Shown here: positions 11,940-22,926 of the stretch, in pieces
Layout of the letters: each line of letters opens with the position of its first letter
How positions within the stretch are numbered: position 1 is the first letter of the stretch
Origin: Eukaryota sp. GEM-RC1
Lineage: Eukaryota
Direction of reading: 5' to 3'
DNA: 64,000 bases
Assembly (NCBI GenBank): GCA_040285855.1
Contig: JAUFOQ010000005.1
Span: forward strand, 1,364,001 to 1,428,000
Program-made: the position numbers and the translations under genes
The notes under the pieces: generated by a model
The model's input: only the letters and a program-made list of their open reading frames with translations
Told to the model about the DNA's origin: nothing
The model's database searches: none

Positions 11940-13335
11940 AGAAATTCCATGACCAAGCATATTGTCTTTTAAATTTGCATTGCAGAAGCTACAAAATCAT
12001 TCATCAGAGTATTTTAAATTGAAAGATTTTACAATTCGTCTCAGCTCATCTGAGTAAATAATTACAGCTTTCGCCAGTTTTGTATTCGACTTAAATGAGA
12101 GTTCTGCAGTGTCATTCAAGAATCAAATTCCACAAATGTATGGTTTATTATTAAATGATCATCAATGGATCACTACGATGATGCGACTTCATTGCTATTT
12201 AGGATCATACAATTTGCTGAATGATCTTCGATGTAGCTGTTGAAAACAATTGACTTTTTCCCACTTGTTAAGTTGTAATCGCTAGATCACTTATCGAACT
12301 TGTATGTTGTAAGTGACCAAATACAGGTTATGTATGACTTTTACTCATCTGAATCATTACTTGAACCACTGTGAAAATCTTTAGAAATACACAGAACTCG
12401 ATATTTCTGACCAAGCCAAACATGTAAAACATGTTGAATACGAATTATGCCCTTTGCTGTTTCCAATTTATAGACGTTCAGGAAAAAGTACATTGAATTT
12501 TTTAAACGATTTCGGAAAAATCGTTAAAAATAGCATGCACAAACGTTTTGATCATATGTTCTGGTTGAAACGGACGTTTTTGCTGTTTTTAAAACAATTC
12601 ACCCAATCATCTTCAAAGCTTTATTAGCAGTGAGTTTCTTTTATGAGGGCAAAGTTTGTTGTTAGTGATGGGTGATGTTTCAATGGTATCAAATTTTAGT
12701 TTTTTTAAATATTAAAGAATGCTAAAAACAAATAGTAAGTACTATAATTTTTGCACAGTCATCAATCAATAATTTAATTCAAAATCTTTGTCACTAATGA
12801 TTGATTGAGATAACGTACTTTCGCAACCAAGGCCAACATTGACCGAAAGTGAAGAAATGCAGAACTGTACAGCACATTAACTTTTCACCCATGTAAAATC
12901 ATTAGAAAATTTGCTCTTTTAGGAGGTGTTCAGAATTATATGTTTGAATTTTTGAAACGGTTTCCCTTGAATGGAATCAAACTGTTGAATTATATTAATT
13001 GCCGTTGTATTCGATCTGCTAAAGATTTGGTATCATCCTTGTCTCCTGAAATGTGGGAATCTTTGTTCCCTGCTCATTTGAAGGATACTCCTTTAAAAAA
13101 TATTTCATCTCTACCATCTGCTGTATGTAAACTGCAAAATTATTTGACAAGGAGTTTGAACTCTTGGACTTTAATAATCGTATTAGCTTGGCTAAAACTA
13201 ATAGTCCCGAGTTCGCTGCTTTTTTAACTGACCATTGTAATAGTGGACCTTCTGGATTTATTTCTCAAATTCCAAAGGTGTATGGATTACATCTATCTGA
13301 TGAAGCTTGGATGATCAATATGCGACTTCATCACC
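11940..13335 (+). mobile_element. Two decayed CRE-like non-LTR retrotransposon fragments
   Basis: Translations resemble the C-terminal region of 26297-28516 (QIPQMYGLLL.DHQW..MRL, ISQIPKVYGLHLSDEAWMINMRL); many stops. Confidence 0.7.
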
Positions 13336-13498
13336 GGGTGGTGATGAAGTCGTTTGGATTTAATCTTAGTATTATTTGTTTGTTTTTACAATGTCATAGT
13401 TATGTAGGAAGGTTACCTTATTATCCAAAACTAGAAAACAACATCAGAATTTTCATTCAAATCAATAATCATTATTAGAATCAGAACATGTTGTACTG

Positions 13499-16492
13499 TT
13501 AGCCAAAATCGTTTGCATCACTGCTGTCGTCGTTATACAGGGAATAATCTATTTCAACTTTGGGATTAACTTTCAACGCCTCTGCCAAAGCTGTGGCACC
13601 TTCATCTCTAATAGAGTTTCCAAGCAGATTAACACTTGAAACTGAAGTGTTAATTTTCAACGCCTCTGCCAAAGCTCTAGCACCTTCATCTCCAATATAG
13701 TTCCACTCTAGATTAATACTTGTAACTAAAGTGTTAACTTTCAACGCCTCTGCCAAAGCTGTGGCACCTTCATCTCTAATAGAGTTTCCAAGCAGATTAA
13801 CACTTGTAACTGAAGTGTTAACTTTCAACGCCTCTGCCAAAGCTCTGGCACCTTCGGCTCCAATATAGTTCCACTCTAGATTAATACTTGTAACTAAAGT
13901 GTTAACTTTCAACGCCTCTGCCAAAGCTGTGGCACCTTCGGCTCCAATATAGTTCCACTCTAGATTAATACTTGTAACTAAAGTGTTAACTTTCAACGCC
14001 TCTGCCAAAGCTGTGGCACCTTCAGCTCCAATAGAGTTTCCAAGCAGATTAACACTTGTAACTGAAGTGTTAACTTTCAACGCCTCTGCCAAAGCTGTGG
14101 CACCTTCAGCTCCAATAGAGTTTCCACGTAGATTAACACTTGTAACTGAAGTGTTAACTTTCAACGCCTCTGCCAAAGCTGTGGCACCTTCATCTCTAAT
14201 AGAGTTTCCACCTAGATTAACACTTGTAACTGAAGTGTTAACTTTCAACGCCTCTGCCAAAGCTGTGGCACCTTCATCTCTAATAGAGTTTCCAAGCAGA
14301 TTAACACTTGAAACTGAAGTGTTAATTTTCAACGCCTCTGCCAAAGCTGTGGCACCTTCAGTTCCAATAGAGTTTCCACCTAGATTAACACTTGTAACTG
14401 AAGAATTAAGTTTCATCGCCTCTGCCAAAGCTTCAGCACCTTCATCTCCAATAGAGTTGGCCCTCAGATTAACACTTGTAACTGAAGAATTAAGTTTCAT
14501 CGCCTCTGCCAAAGCTTCAGCACCTTCATCTCCAATAGAGTTGGCCCTCAGATTAACACTTGTAACTGAAGAATTAAGTTTCATCGCCTCTGCCAAAGCT
14601 TCAGCACCTTCATCTCCAATAGAGTTGCCCTCCAAATCAACACTTGTAACTGAAGCATTAACTTTCAACGCCTCTGCCAAAGCTTCGGCACCATCATCTC
14701 CAATAGAGTTGTATTCCAGATTAACACTTGTTACTGAAGCATTAACTTTCAACGCCTCTGCCAAAGCTTCGGCACCATCATCTCCAATAGAGTTCCACCG
14801 CAGATTAACACTTGTAACTGAAGCATTCATTTTCAACGTCTCTGCCAAAGCTCTGGCACCTTCATGTTCAATAGAGTTGTTACCCAGATTAACACTGGTA
14901 ACTGAAGCATTCACTTTCAACGCCTCTGCCAAAGCTCTGGCACCTTCAGCTCCAATAGAGTTTCCACCCAGATCAATACTTGTAACTGAAGCATTCACTT
15001 TCAATGCCTCTGCCAAAGCTCTGGCATCTTCAGCTTTAATAGAGTTGTCCTCCAGATTAACACTTGCAACATTACCAGCTCTAATTTCTTTTAAGACTTT
15101 CTTTAATTCTGGAAAATGACTCCACTGATCCTCGTCAAGGTTCAATGAATTCTGGATTGACAGCCCGTTTTCTGTAACTTTTTTAGTGTGATTGACCTTA
15201 AAAGATTCGCTAGTTGAATTAGACCTTATCCACGAGATGTTTCTAATCAATGGGTTTAACTTTCTGTTTTGACGTTCAATTCGACGCTGTAAATAATTGA
15301 TTTGAGTCTGCAATTGAAAAATAGTTTCATTTAAAGATTGTTTGTCATGGTGAAAATCAGTTTCTAAATTTAGAACAAAGTTTAAATGTTGTTCAGTAAG
15401 TTTCGAATTTTCGGTAATCATTTTCCTGATCTCAGCTTGTAAAAGTAGAATTTGATCAGTTTGAGATTGATTTTTCTCTTTAACAGACTTCAGTTCTTCT
15501 AGCAATAAAGACCGGTCAAGTTGGGTCGAAGGCTGGGGGAGATTCAAATTATCCAAAATTTCGATAACCTGGGAAATTTTAGGTCGAAGAATTGGATCTA
15601 CATTTAAACACTCATTGATTACTTTGGCTAATTGAGCAGGAACAGTCTTATGAAAGGGTAAAGAAATTCCTCGTTGCTTAGCTCCAACAAGACCAAAAAC
15701 AGTCATCCCTTGAAAAGCTTCCTGGTTTTGGAATAATTCATACAAAATAATTCCAATGGAGTAGATGTCACCTTGTGGAGTTACACTGTTTTCGAACTGC
15801 TCTGGAGCGGCATAGCGTAGAGTCATTGTATTAGTTTTCGGAGCAGTTGTTGTGGATTCAATGTTTCGTGAAGTTCCAAAATCAGCGATTCTGATTTTAT
15901 CATCAACAACTAAGACATTTCCTGGTTTAAGATCTCCATGAACAACGGACTTACTGTGGAGATATCTTACACCCTGGCAAAGTTCTTTGGCATATTCGAC
16001 AGTGAGGAAGGAGAAAGAGTTGGGGGAGGGCAGACAAGATGAAGCTCTTTCCATTACGATTCCGATGCGTTCTTCCCAAGAGCAGAGACCATAGACACGA
16101 AGAACAGCGGGGTGATTTAGCTGAACAAGAAGGTTCATCTCCTTCTTTAGTTTGATTCTTCCCTTTTCAGTAAGGGAGATCATTTTGATAGCAACTGGGA
16201 GCTTGAACCACATTCCAGCATAAACTACAGCACAACCTCCTTCAGCGATCTTATCAAGGAGTTCAACTTGGTCTGATGGGATTTCTGGGCAGAGATCGCC
16301 GTTACGAGCAGCCTCCACAAGGTCTTTGAGAGCATAGTTTGTAGGTTTATCAATGAGACAGACTTTGCGGCATGTTGGGCAGCTACTTAAGGCAGACGCA
16401 CATTGTGAACAAGCGGTGTGGCCAAGTTCGCATAGAAGCAAAGGTAGGCGACCAGAAAGGTTAAACGGTTCGTAGCAGATGAAACAATCCAT
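13499..16492 (-). CDS. RING finger - TKL-like non-RD protein kinase - coiled coil - 18 RI-like LRRs (997 aa)
   Basis: RING CFICY..C..GHTACSQC....CPTCR; kinase AEGGCAVVY, VAIK, HGDLKPGN, DFG, APE; heptad-rich linker; 18 repeats of 28 aa. First ATG at 16492. Confidence 0.92.
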   Translation of the reverse strand: MDCFICYEPFNLSGRLPLLLCELGHTACSQCASALSSCPTCRKVCLIDKPTNYALKDLVEAARNGDLCPEIPSDQVELLDKIAEGGCAVVYAGMWFKLPVAIKMISLTEKGRIKLKKEMNLLVQLNHPAVLRVYGLCSWEERIGIVMERASSCLPSPNSFSFLTVEYAKELCQGVRYLHSKSVVHGDLKPGNVLVVDDKIRIADFGTSRNIESTTTAPKTNTMTLRYAAPEQFENSVTPQGDIYSIGIILYELFQNQEAFQGMTVFGLVGAKQRGISLPFHKTVPAQLAKVINECLNVDPILRPKISQVIEILDNLNLPQPSTQLDRSLLLEELKSVKEKNQSQTDQILLLQAEIRKMITENSKLTEQHLNFVLNLETDFHHDKQSLNETIFQLQTQINYLQRRIERQNRKLNPLIRNISWIRSNSTSESFKVNHTKKVTENGLSIQNSLNLDEDQWSHFPELKKVLKEIRAGNVASVNLEDNSIKAEDARALAEALKVNASVTSIDLGGNSIGAEGARALAEALKVNASVTSVNLGNNSIEHEGARALAETLKMNASVTSVNLRWNSIGDDGAEALAEALKVNASVTSVNLEYNSIGDDGAEALAEALKVNASVTSVDLEGNSIGDEGAEALAEAMKLNSSVTSVNLRANSIGDEGAEALAEAMKLNSSVTSVNLRANSIGDEGAEALAEAMKLNSSVTSVNLGGNSIGTEGATALAEALKINTSVSSVNLLGNSIRDEGATALAEALKVNTSVTSVNLGGNSIRDEGATALAEALKVNTSVTSVNLRGNSIGAEGATALAEALKVNTSVTSVNLLGNSIGAEGATALAEALKVNTLVTSINLEWNYIGAEGATALAEALKVNTLVTSINLEWNYIGAEGARALAEALKVNTSVTSVNLLGNSIRDEGATALAEALKVNTLVTSINLEWNYIGDEGARALAEALKINTSVSSVNLLGNSIRDEGATALAEALKVNPKVEIDYSLYNDDSSDANDFG
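13565..15072 (-). repeat. 84-bp coding tandem array (18 LRR units)
   Basis: ttcaacgcctctgccaaagct recurs every 84 bp. Confidence 0.95.
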
Positions 16493-16549
16493 CGTAGTAG
16501 AAGTTGAAGTACACAATTGACTGAAGTCATTTGTTTACTTCTGCTCATA

Positions 16550-17139
16550 CTCTGTAAAATACAGATTTCTTTATTTTATGTATTTTATGTATTTTTCAAA
16601 AGTGAGTTTTAAAATACAAACTGTATTTTAGTGTATTTTTCAAACACACATTCCAAGTGCTTTTTAGCACAGATTTGATGTAAAATGAGTCGATTAGATA
16701 GAGATAGTCGTACTTTTTCGGTTTGGGAGATCGTTTGTTTAAGAACTGATTGCATTTCACAGAGTCAAATCCAGAATAGATGATGATCAAAAACATTTTC
16801 AACCAGACCCTCCTTCATGACTTCTCTTTCCCAATCTATACCATCAATCCACTCTATACCTATTTTATGAATTTCCTGATGTTGAACAAAAGAATCAGGA
16901 AGTTGTACAAGTTGAAGACGATGGAATTGGTGAGTTAGTGGAGATCCATGACGATGCACTAATGTTGGATACGGTGTCACCAACTGCAGGAAAACGCAAA
17001 CGTTGACAACAATCTACCACTGTACCGTCAAACGTTGAGTCGTGGAGATGAAGATTGACTGACATGGATGTTTGTATTTTACTTCGTATTTTATGTATTT
17101 TTGTATTTTTCAAATGAAAACTCGTGTATTTTACAAGTG
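16550..17139. mobile_element. MITE-like element with AAAATACA subterminal repeats
   Basis: tgtaaaatac at left and gtattttaca at right; many tgtatttt motifs; absent from copy B. Confidence 0.5.
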
Positions 17140-17207
17140 CGCTTCTGCTCATTTTGGTGGTATTGGATTTACCAAATCTTCTATTCTTTGCAAATCTGCT
17201 TTTTTAA

Positions 17208-17775
17208 GAAACGGACCCTCGGAAGACGTTTCCGAAAGGTCCATTAGAACATCATACTTATACAGTGTTACATAGTGTTTATTGTCATATAAACTCACCA
17301 AAAACTATAACCTTCAAGCATATCATATGGAGTGGGTGAACACTCATTCTACTCTATTATAGACGTCCTCAAGTATATCTAAAAGAGGATCAATGTCAGA
17401 CTCTGATTCAAATTAAGGTTTTTTACAAGTTTTGTTCCCAGGAAGAGCGTACCGACGTTGCCTCATCCGGTAGGTACTTCCTACAAAGGGTCTATGACCG
17501 CAAAGGTTACATAATACCTTGGGATCTTTTTCCTTCCACACTAGACGATAATACAGACACCAGAAGATGAGTATCATCTTCAACAATGATCACATCCTCA
17601 TCAGTTCAGTCAACGATGACTGTCGTGAAGTAATCTGCCAGCTCCTTCATGAAACAAGTTAGAAGATTTAGGGTGAGAGTGAGTGATAGGAAATGTAAGA
17701 TCATACACGTAAAAACACGTTTCGGAAACGTGGAAACGTTTCCAAATTGAAATTCACATGTTTCGTGTAACACTA
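17208..17775 (-). mobile_element. Truncated inverted copy of the hAT-like element at 34500-35170
   Basis: Reverse complement aligns with ~34500-35075; ends in cgtgtaacacta. Confidence 0.85.
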
Positions 17776-18185
17776 TTAATTTCAACAGCATTGGAGAAAA
17801 CATAAGATGATAGGGCAGCCATATTGATAAGGTGAAAAAACTCATTGGCCTTGTTGGAAATTCTTACAAAGACCACACATATGAGCACTTATCAGAGTTA
17901 CAAGTGTAACAAATGCAAATCATCAACTCTCTTAGGTAGTGTGCAGTTTTTTTGTTATCAAAAATAGTATACCCACCAATGATAATGCGAAGGAAAAACA
18001 AAAGTGGTTTAATCATGAAATGAACGAGAAAGGTAAAAGGAAAGCGATTTTAGATAAATGAAGATGCGGAACACTATTATGGAAGTGCAAGCGAAATGGA
18101 TTCTAGCAGATATTGTCAAGTCTAGTTATGGATGACAGACATCAGTAAGTTTGAGAGAACGCAGTAAGTTCTCATTTCTTGATCA

Positions 18186-19691
18186 ATGCTCACACCTCAC
18201 CCTGAACCTTTGTTGAAAAAGAGTCGTTCATCCTCTTCCAGTATCTCCTCTGTGATGTTTAACGGTGCCGAACTGTCGGTTTTGTCTTCATCCACACATC
18301 CTCCCTCTAAACATGTCCATGTTCAGCAGACTTTGTTGATTCTCATCCATCTCCACTTGCTCAGACGTCTTTTTAAGCGTACTCTTGAAAATAATCATGA
18401 AAAAACTAATCCTCAACTCATTGCTTTGAAAACAGCGTTACCTGCATTCTTTGGACAAGTTGGCTATGTAAGTAATCACTTCCTTGATTCTTCATTCCAA
18501 GCAGTTAAAGTGTTTTTTCAATTACACACCTTTCATGCTGATCTTGAACATTTTCCCAAACTAATTTCACTTACCTGTTTCTTTGGAGCAGATCTACAAT
18601 CTGTTTTCTTCCACGTTGGTGGACTTTTGGAAATTGAGAAATTTTTTAATTATTCTGGTATAATTACAGGATTGAGAATCGAACTAAGGGAACCCTCTGA
18701 TTTAGAGTTTCTCAACAATTCTTCTTCTTTATTTCCACGTCTTAAGCAACTAGAAGTAAAAGTGGCGAGACAACGTACCTCTGCTTCTATGTTATTGATT
18801 GAAGCTTTGAAAACCAATACTACAGTTACAAGTATTGATCTGAGGGCCAACTCTATTGGAGATGAAGGTGCCAGAGCTTTGGCAGATGCGTTGAAAGTGA
18901 ATTCTTCAGTTACAAGTGTTAATTTGAGGTTCACCTGTATTGGAGATGAAGGTGTTAGAGCTTTGGCAGATGAGTTGAAAGTTAATACTTCAGTTACAAG
19001 TGTTAATCTGGGTTACAACTCTGTTGGATCTGAAGGTGTCAGAGCTTTGGCAGATGCGTTGAAAGTAAATACCTCAGTTACCAGTGTTAATCTAGGTGGA
19101 AACTCTATTGGAGCTGAAGGTGCCAGAGCTTTGGCAGATGCGTTGAAAGTAAATACCTCAGTTACCAGTGTTAATCTAGGTGGAAACTCTATTGGAGCTG
19201 AAGGTGCCAGAGCTTTGGCAGATGCGTTGAAAGTAAATACCTCAGTTACCAGTGTTAATCTAGGTGGAAACTCTATTGGAGCTGAAGGTGCCAGAGCTTT
19301 GGCAGATGCGTTGAAAGTAAATACCTCAGTTACCAGTGTTAATCTAGGTGGAAACTCTATTGGAGCTGAAGGTGCCAGAGCTTTGGCAGATGCGTTGAAA
19401 GTAAATACCTCAGTTACAAGGGTTAATCTATGTGAAAACTCTATTGGAGATGAAGGTGGCAGAGCTTTGGCAGATGCGTTGAAAGTGAATGCTTCAGTTA
19501 CAAGGGTTAATCTGAGCAACAACTCTATTGGAGATGAAGGTGGCAGAGCTTTGGCAGATGCGTTGAAAGTGAATGCTTCAGTTACAAGGGTTAATCTGAG
19601 CAACAACTCTATTGGAGCTGAAGGTGTCATAGCTTTGAGAAAGGAGTTGAAGGTTGATCCTCGATTACAATCTGGGGTGTTATTTAACTGA
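18186..19691 (+). CDS. LRR protein, second architecture: unknown ~205-aa N-terminal domain plus 10 RI-like LRRs
   Basis: Open 501-aa ORF; 84-bp repeats with di-residues RA,RF,GY,GG,GG,GG,GG,CE,SN,SN; N-terminus homologous to the 55685 gene. Confidence 0.88.
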   Translation: MLTPHPEPLLKKSRSSSSSISSVMFNGAELSVLSSSTHPPSKHVHVQQTLLILIHLHLLRRLFKRTLENNHEKTNPQLIALKTALPAFFGQVGYVSNHFLDSSFQAVKVFFQLHTFHADLEHFPKLISLTCFFGADLQSVFFHVGGLLEIEKFFNYSGIITGLRIELREPSDLEFLNNSSSLFPRLKQLEVKVARQRTSASMLLIEALKTNTTVTSIDLRANSIGDEGARALADALKVNSSVTSVNLRFTCIGDEGVRALADELKVNTSVTSVNLGYNSVGSEGVRALADALKVNTSVTSVNLGGNSIGAEGARALADALKVNTSVTSVNLGGNSIGAEGARALADALKVNTSVTSVNLGGNSIGAEGARALADALKVNTSVTSVNLGGNSIGAEGARALADALKVNTSVTRVNLCENSIGDEGGRALADALKVNASVTRVNLSNNSIGDEGGRALADALKVNASVTRVNLSNNSIGAEGVIALRKELKVDPRLQSGVLFN

Positions 19692-20029
19692 ATATTTCTT
19701 AATTAGTTTTCATAGTGTTGGGTATAAAAAGGTTCTTCTGGTTCTAAAGAAAAGAGTGTTGAAAGATTTTCAAGTTGATAGGTTGAATCTTGAATTAATA
19801 CTTACAAATAACAAGTTGATAGTTTGGTCATCTATTGATTATTCAAGCAACCTTTTACACTTATGTCTGTGGAATTTGCCAACACTACAATTTGCCAGAA
19901 GATATCAAAACTAGTGTTAAGCGTAGGGCTGTTAATTTACTTTAGTTGAACCAACTTAAGGTATTTCAAGTCGAGTTCAAGTTGATTTGAGATCATAGTC
20001 AAGTCGACATAAATAATGTTATCTGTGTG

Positions 20030-20130
20030 ATGGACATTATGAAGTTTGAGAGAATGTAAAAAGTTGATCCATCAATGGTCCTGAACTTTTGTTGAAAAAA
20101 GAGACAGTGATTCATCTACTTCCAGCATAC
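20030..20130 (+). pseudogene. Relic of the 5' end of the second-architecture LRR gene
   Basis: aagtttgagagaa..tcaatg..cctgaac.tttgttgaaaaa..ttccag matches ~18148-18243. Confidence 0.55.
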
Positions 20131-21529
20131 TTGTAAAATCTAAAATTCTGCATTTTATGTCTTTTTGTTTATTTTGTAGTTTAAAAACAATCTTTTATCT
20201 CCTAAAGATACATAAAGTCTGCGACGTTAACAATGTTAACAAACTATTCAATGACATGTTCTTGAACCCCAAAGAGTTTCTTCAAAATTCTGTCAAAATA
20301 TTCAAACACTGAAAAATATAGAGAAAAAACAAAACAATCCCTGCAAAACTAAAGTTGAACTTTTGCCAAATTCACAACACAATTGATCAAAAAATGACAA
20401 AAACGTCTCAACTGCAGAACCCAAATTCCCATGTAATGAAATATCGAATGGTTAAAGCGCCAAAGCATTATGTCTTTGTGAAATTAACTTAGAAGCATAA
20501 GCACAATAACCAAAACATTACTCATCTTCAGCATTATCCAAAGGTAAAAATTTATCATTCAGTAGCTACTAACAGTTTCATAAAATGGATCCGAAGTGGT
20601 GAGTTATAGAACTACACTTAAAAGAAAGGTCTGGGATTCATCCTGACTCATTTAAAACTTGATTTATCATACTCAAATGTGTTGAGTAGATCCAGTACTT
20701 GAGCTTGTTGTTGATTCAAAGCAACTTCTTGACAATTTAATCATAGGCCAATTAAGTCACCACGACTTTTATCACGGAAGAAAGAATCAGAAAATGCGGA
20801 TAATAGAGGTTCAATTTTATCATGGAACACGTGTCCATACAAATTATGTGCTAAAAAGCCAACCACAGGCAATATTAGTCGAATTGAGACAGTAAATGAT
20901 GGATAAAGAACTGATAAGTATTACTGTACTTGGAGTATTATAGTCCAAATCAAGTGTTAATAGAAAATTGTGTCTGTATCTCAAATTACTTAAGTTTTTT
21001 AATTCCATTTATCCGAGGAAGCTTGGATGATGATTATCCGTCTTCGTTTGGCTATTTAGCCTGCAAGTTCATTAAACAATTCTACTTGCATTTGTGGATC
21101 TAATTGTGTTTTTATTCATTTGATTCATTGTCTATATTTTCTTCATCAACACTTATCTATTCATGATGATATACGTACCTCTTGTTAGTTCACGTTTAAA
21201 GCATAGGGTTAGAGATGGGAAAATACTCTACTCAAGTACTACTGAGGAGATACTCGAGTAGAATACCACTTAACTGACCTTCTTTGATAAGTCGAAACTA
21301 TCGTGTGAATCGATAGTAGTCTTTTAATGCAGTGGTAAACAACAGCGGTGTACTCAACGCTTAGGTGATATTAAAAGAAGTTTTTCATTCTTGTTCATTA
21401 TAATCGAATGGCCAATCAATTTCAGTGTGTTCGAGCAATTTGAGTTAAGATGGTGGAGCTGTAATTGTTTTTGAAGAAGATTCATAAATCTTTTTACTAC
21501 AAATAGAACATTACAGAGGTGTTTATCTG

Positions 21530-22670
21530 TTAGGCGGTGTAAAAAATTTCATTTTTGAATTTGTTAATCGATTTCCTAATGATATTTCACTTATTAACCC
21601 CAATTCATGTAAATATTTATTTGATTTAAATGAAGCGTTAAACAAATTACCTTTTGACGTTTGGTCTCAGTGTTTCCCAGAATCTGTGGCTGATATACCT
21701 GAAAGATGTTTGAATAATCTTCAGTACTGTCTGAAAAAATTACAACAGAAACTCACAAATATTTTTGAAAGCTTGGATTATAATGTTAGACTTGGCATGT
21801 CTAAGGAAAAAAATCCCGCTTTTGCAAATTTCTTAACGGATGTTTCTAATAGCTCTGCTTCATGTCTGATTACTCAAATCCCTCAAGTTTACGGTCTTTT
21901 TCTTGATGATAACTCTTGGTCATTAAACATGCGTTTACGGTCATTTATTTGGCCTGATAACCTTCAACATAAGTTGAAATGCCAATGTGGGCAATCTGTA
22001 ACACCTACACATTTATTGAATTGTAACCGTTTTATTTTCTTTTTAGAAGTAAGGTTCATGATTCAGTAAGGGATCAATTATATTGGATGTGTAAATCTTA
22101 TGGAATAGTTTCCTTTTTAGAACCAGTTCTGGCTGGTTTGTTTGATGATACAAATTGTTTGACAAATCGTTTGGAAACAGCCGTGGTGATGTCATATTTC
22201 CTGGTCTAGATGGATCTTTCATTATTGCTGATGTTATGTCTATCGATGTTTGTAATGATTCCAACAAGAAACTTGCTAAATCTAATGCTAAAAACCCCTT
22301 GTTGATTGGTGAAAAATTTGCAAATATATTGTGCTAAATTGAAATTATTGAATTCGGCTTCACACTCGAATTACTTGTTGTACCCTTTTGTATTTTCACT
22401 GTACGGTTTTTTAGGTGAATCTGCAACATCATTACTTGAAGATTGTAAAAGAAAAAACATCTGGGACTTTTGATCTTAGATTTTGGAAAAATCGAATCGT
22501 GTTTGCTATCTTTAAAGGTATGGTGACTTCTGTATCTAGCGCTTTATTATCTCTTGGCAGACATTATGAAGATAAGGTAGGTGAAAATTTCCAGTTAGGC
22601 AATCTGGACTTTGAGGATATTGATATGTATGTACACTGTAGTGTTGTTGTCAATAAAATCACGATAATAA
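21530..22670 (+). mobile_element. 5'-truncated CRE-like non-LTR retrotransposon (3' 1.1 kb)
   Basis: Close match to the reverse complement of ~26310-27460; CQCG..HLLNC finger, RGDVIF..IADV endonuclease, 3' UTR gtacactgtagtgttgttgtcaataaaa. Confidence 0.88.
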
Positions 22671-22926
22671 ATAAAAATACAATTGACTGTTTTTCTCTGA
22701 TGCTTTACATAGTTTCAAAATACATTTATACACGGACAAAATATTACTGAAGACAGAATTATTATATTATTTTTTCCTACTACTACCAGTAGCTACATGA
22801 ACATATTTAAATATTTTACATATATGCTTGGTATGTACATTAAAGTAGAGAAAACCGAAGCTTTTGATTATAATGAAAAAGTAATAAACAACCAATTATG
22901 GAAATTTTAAATACAGAAAAACATCA

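Noticed and set aside
13565..15072. CRISPR-like or DGR-like reading of the constant/variable periodic arrays
   Set aside because: Units are in-frame 84-bp coding LRRs with ~6-nt variable spots. There are no cas genes, no template/variable repeat pair with adenine-specific changes, and the nearby RTs are ordinary retrotransposon RTs.
13983..15119. Long antisense ORFs over the LRR arrays (also 19013-19630, 43461-44378, 56352-56603)
   Set aside because: Shadows of a repeat unit that happens to lack a stop in that frame; they break wherever a variant codon creates one.
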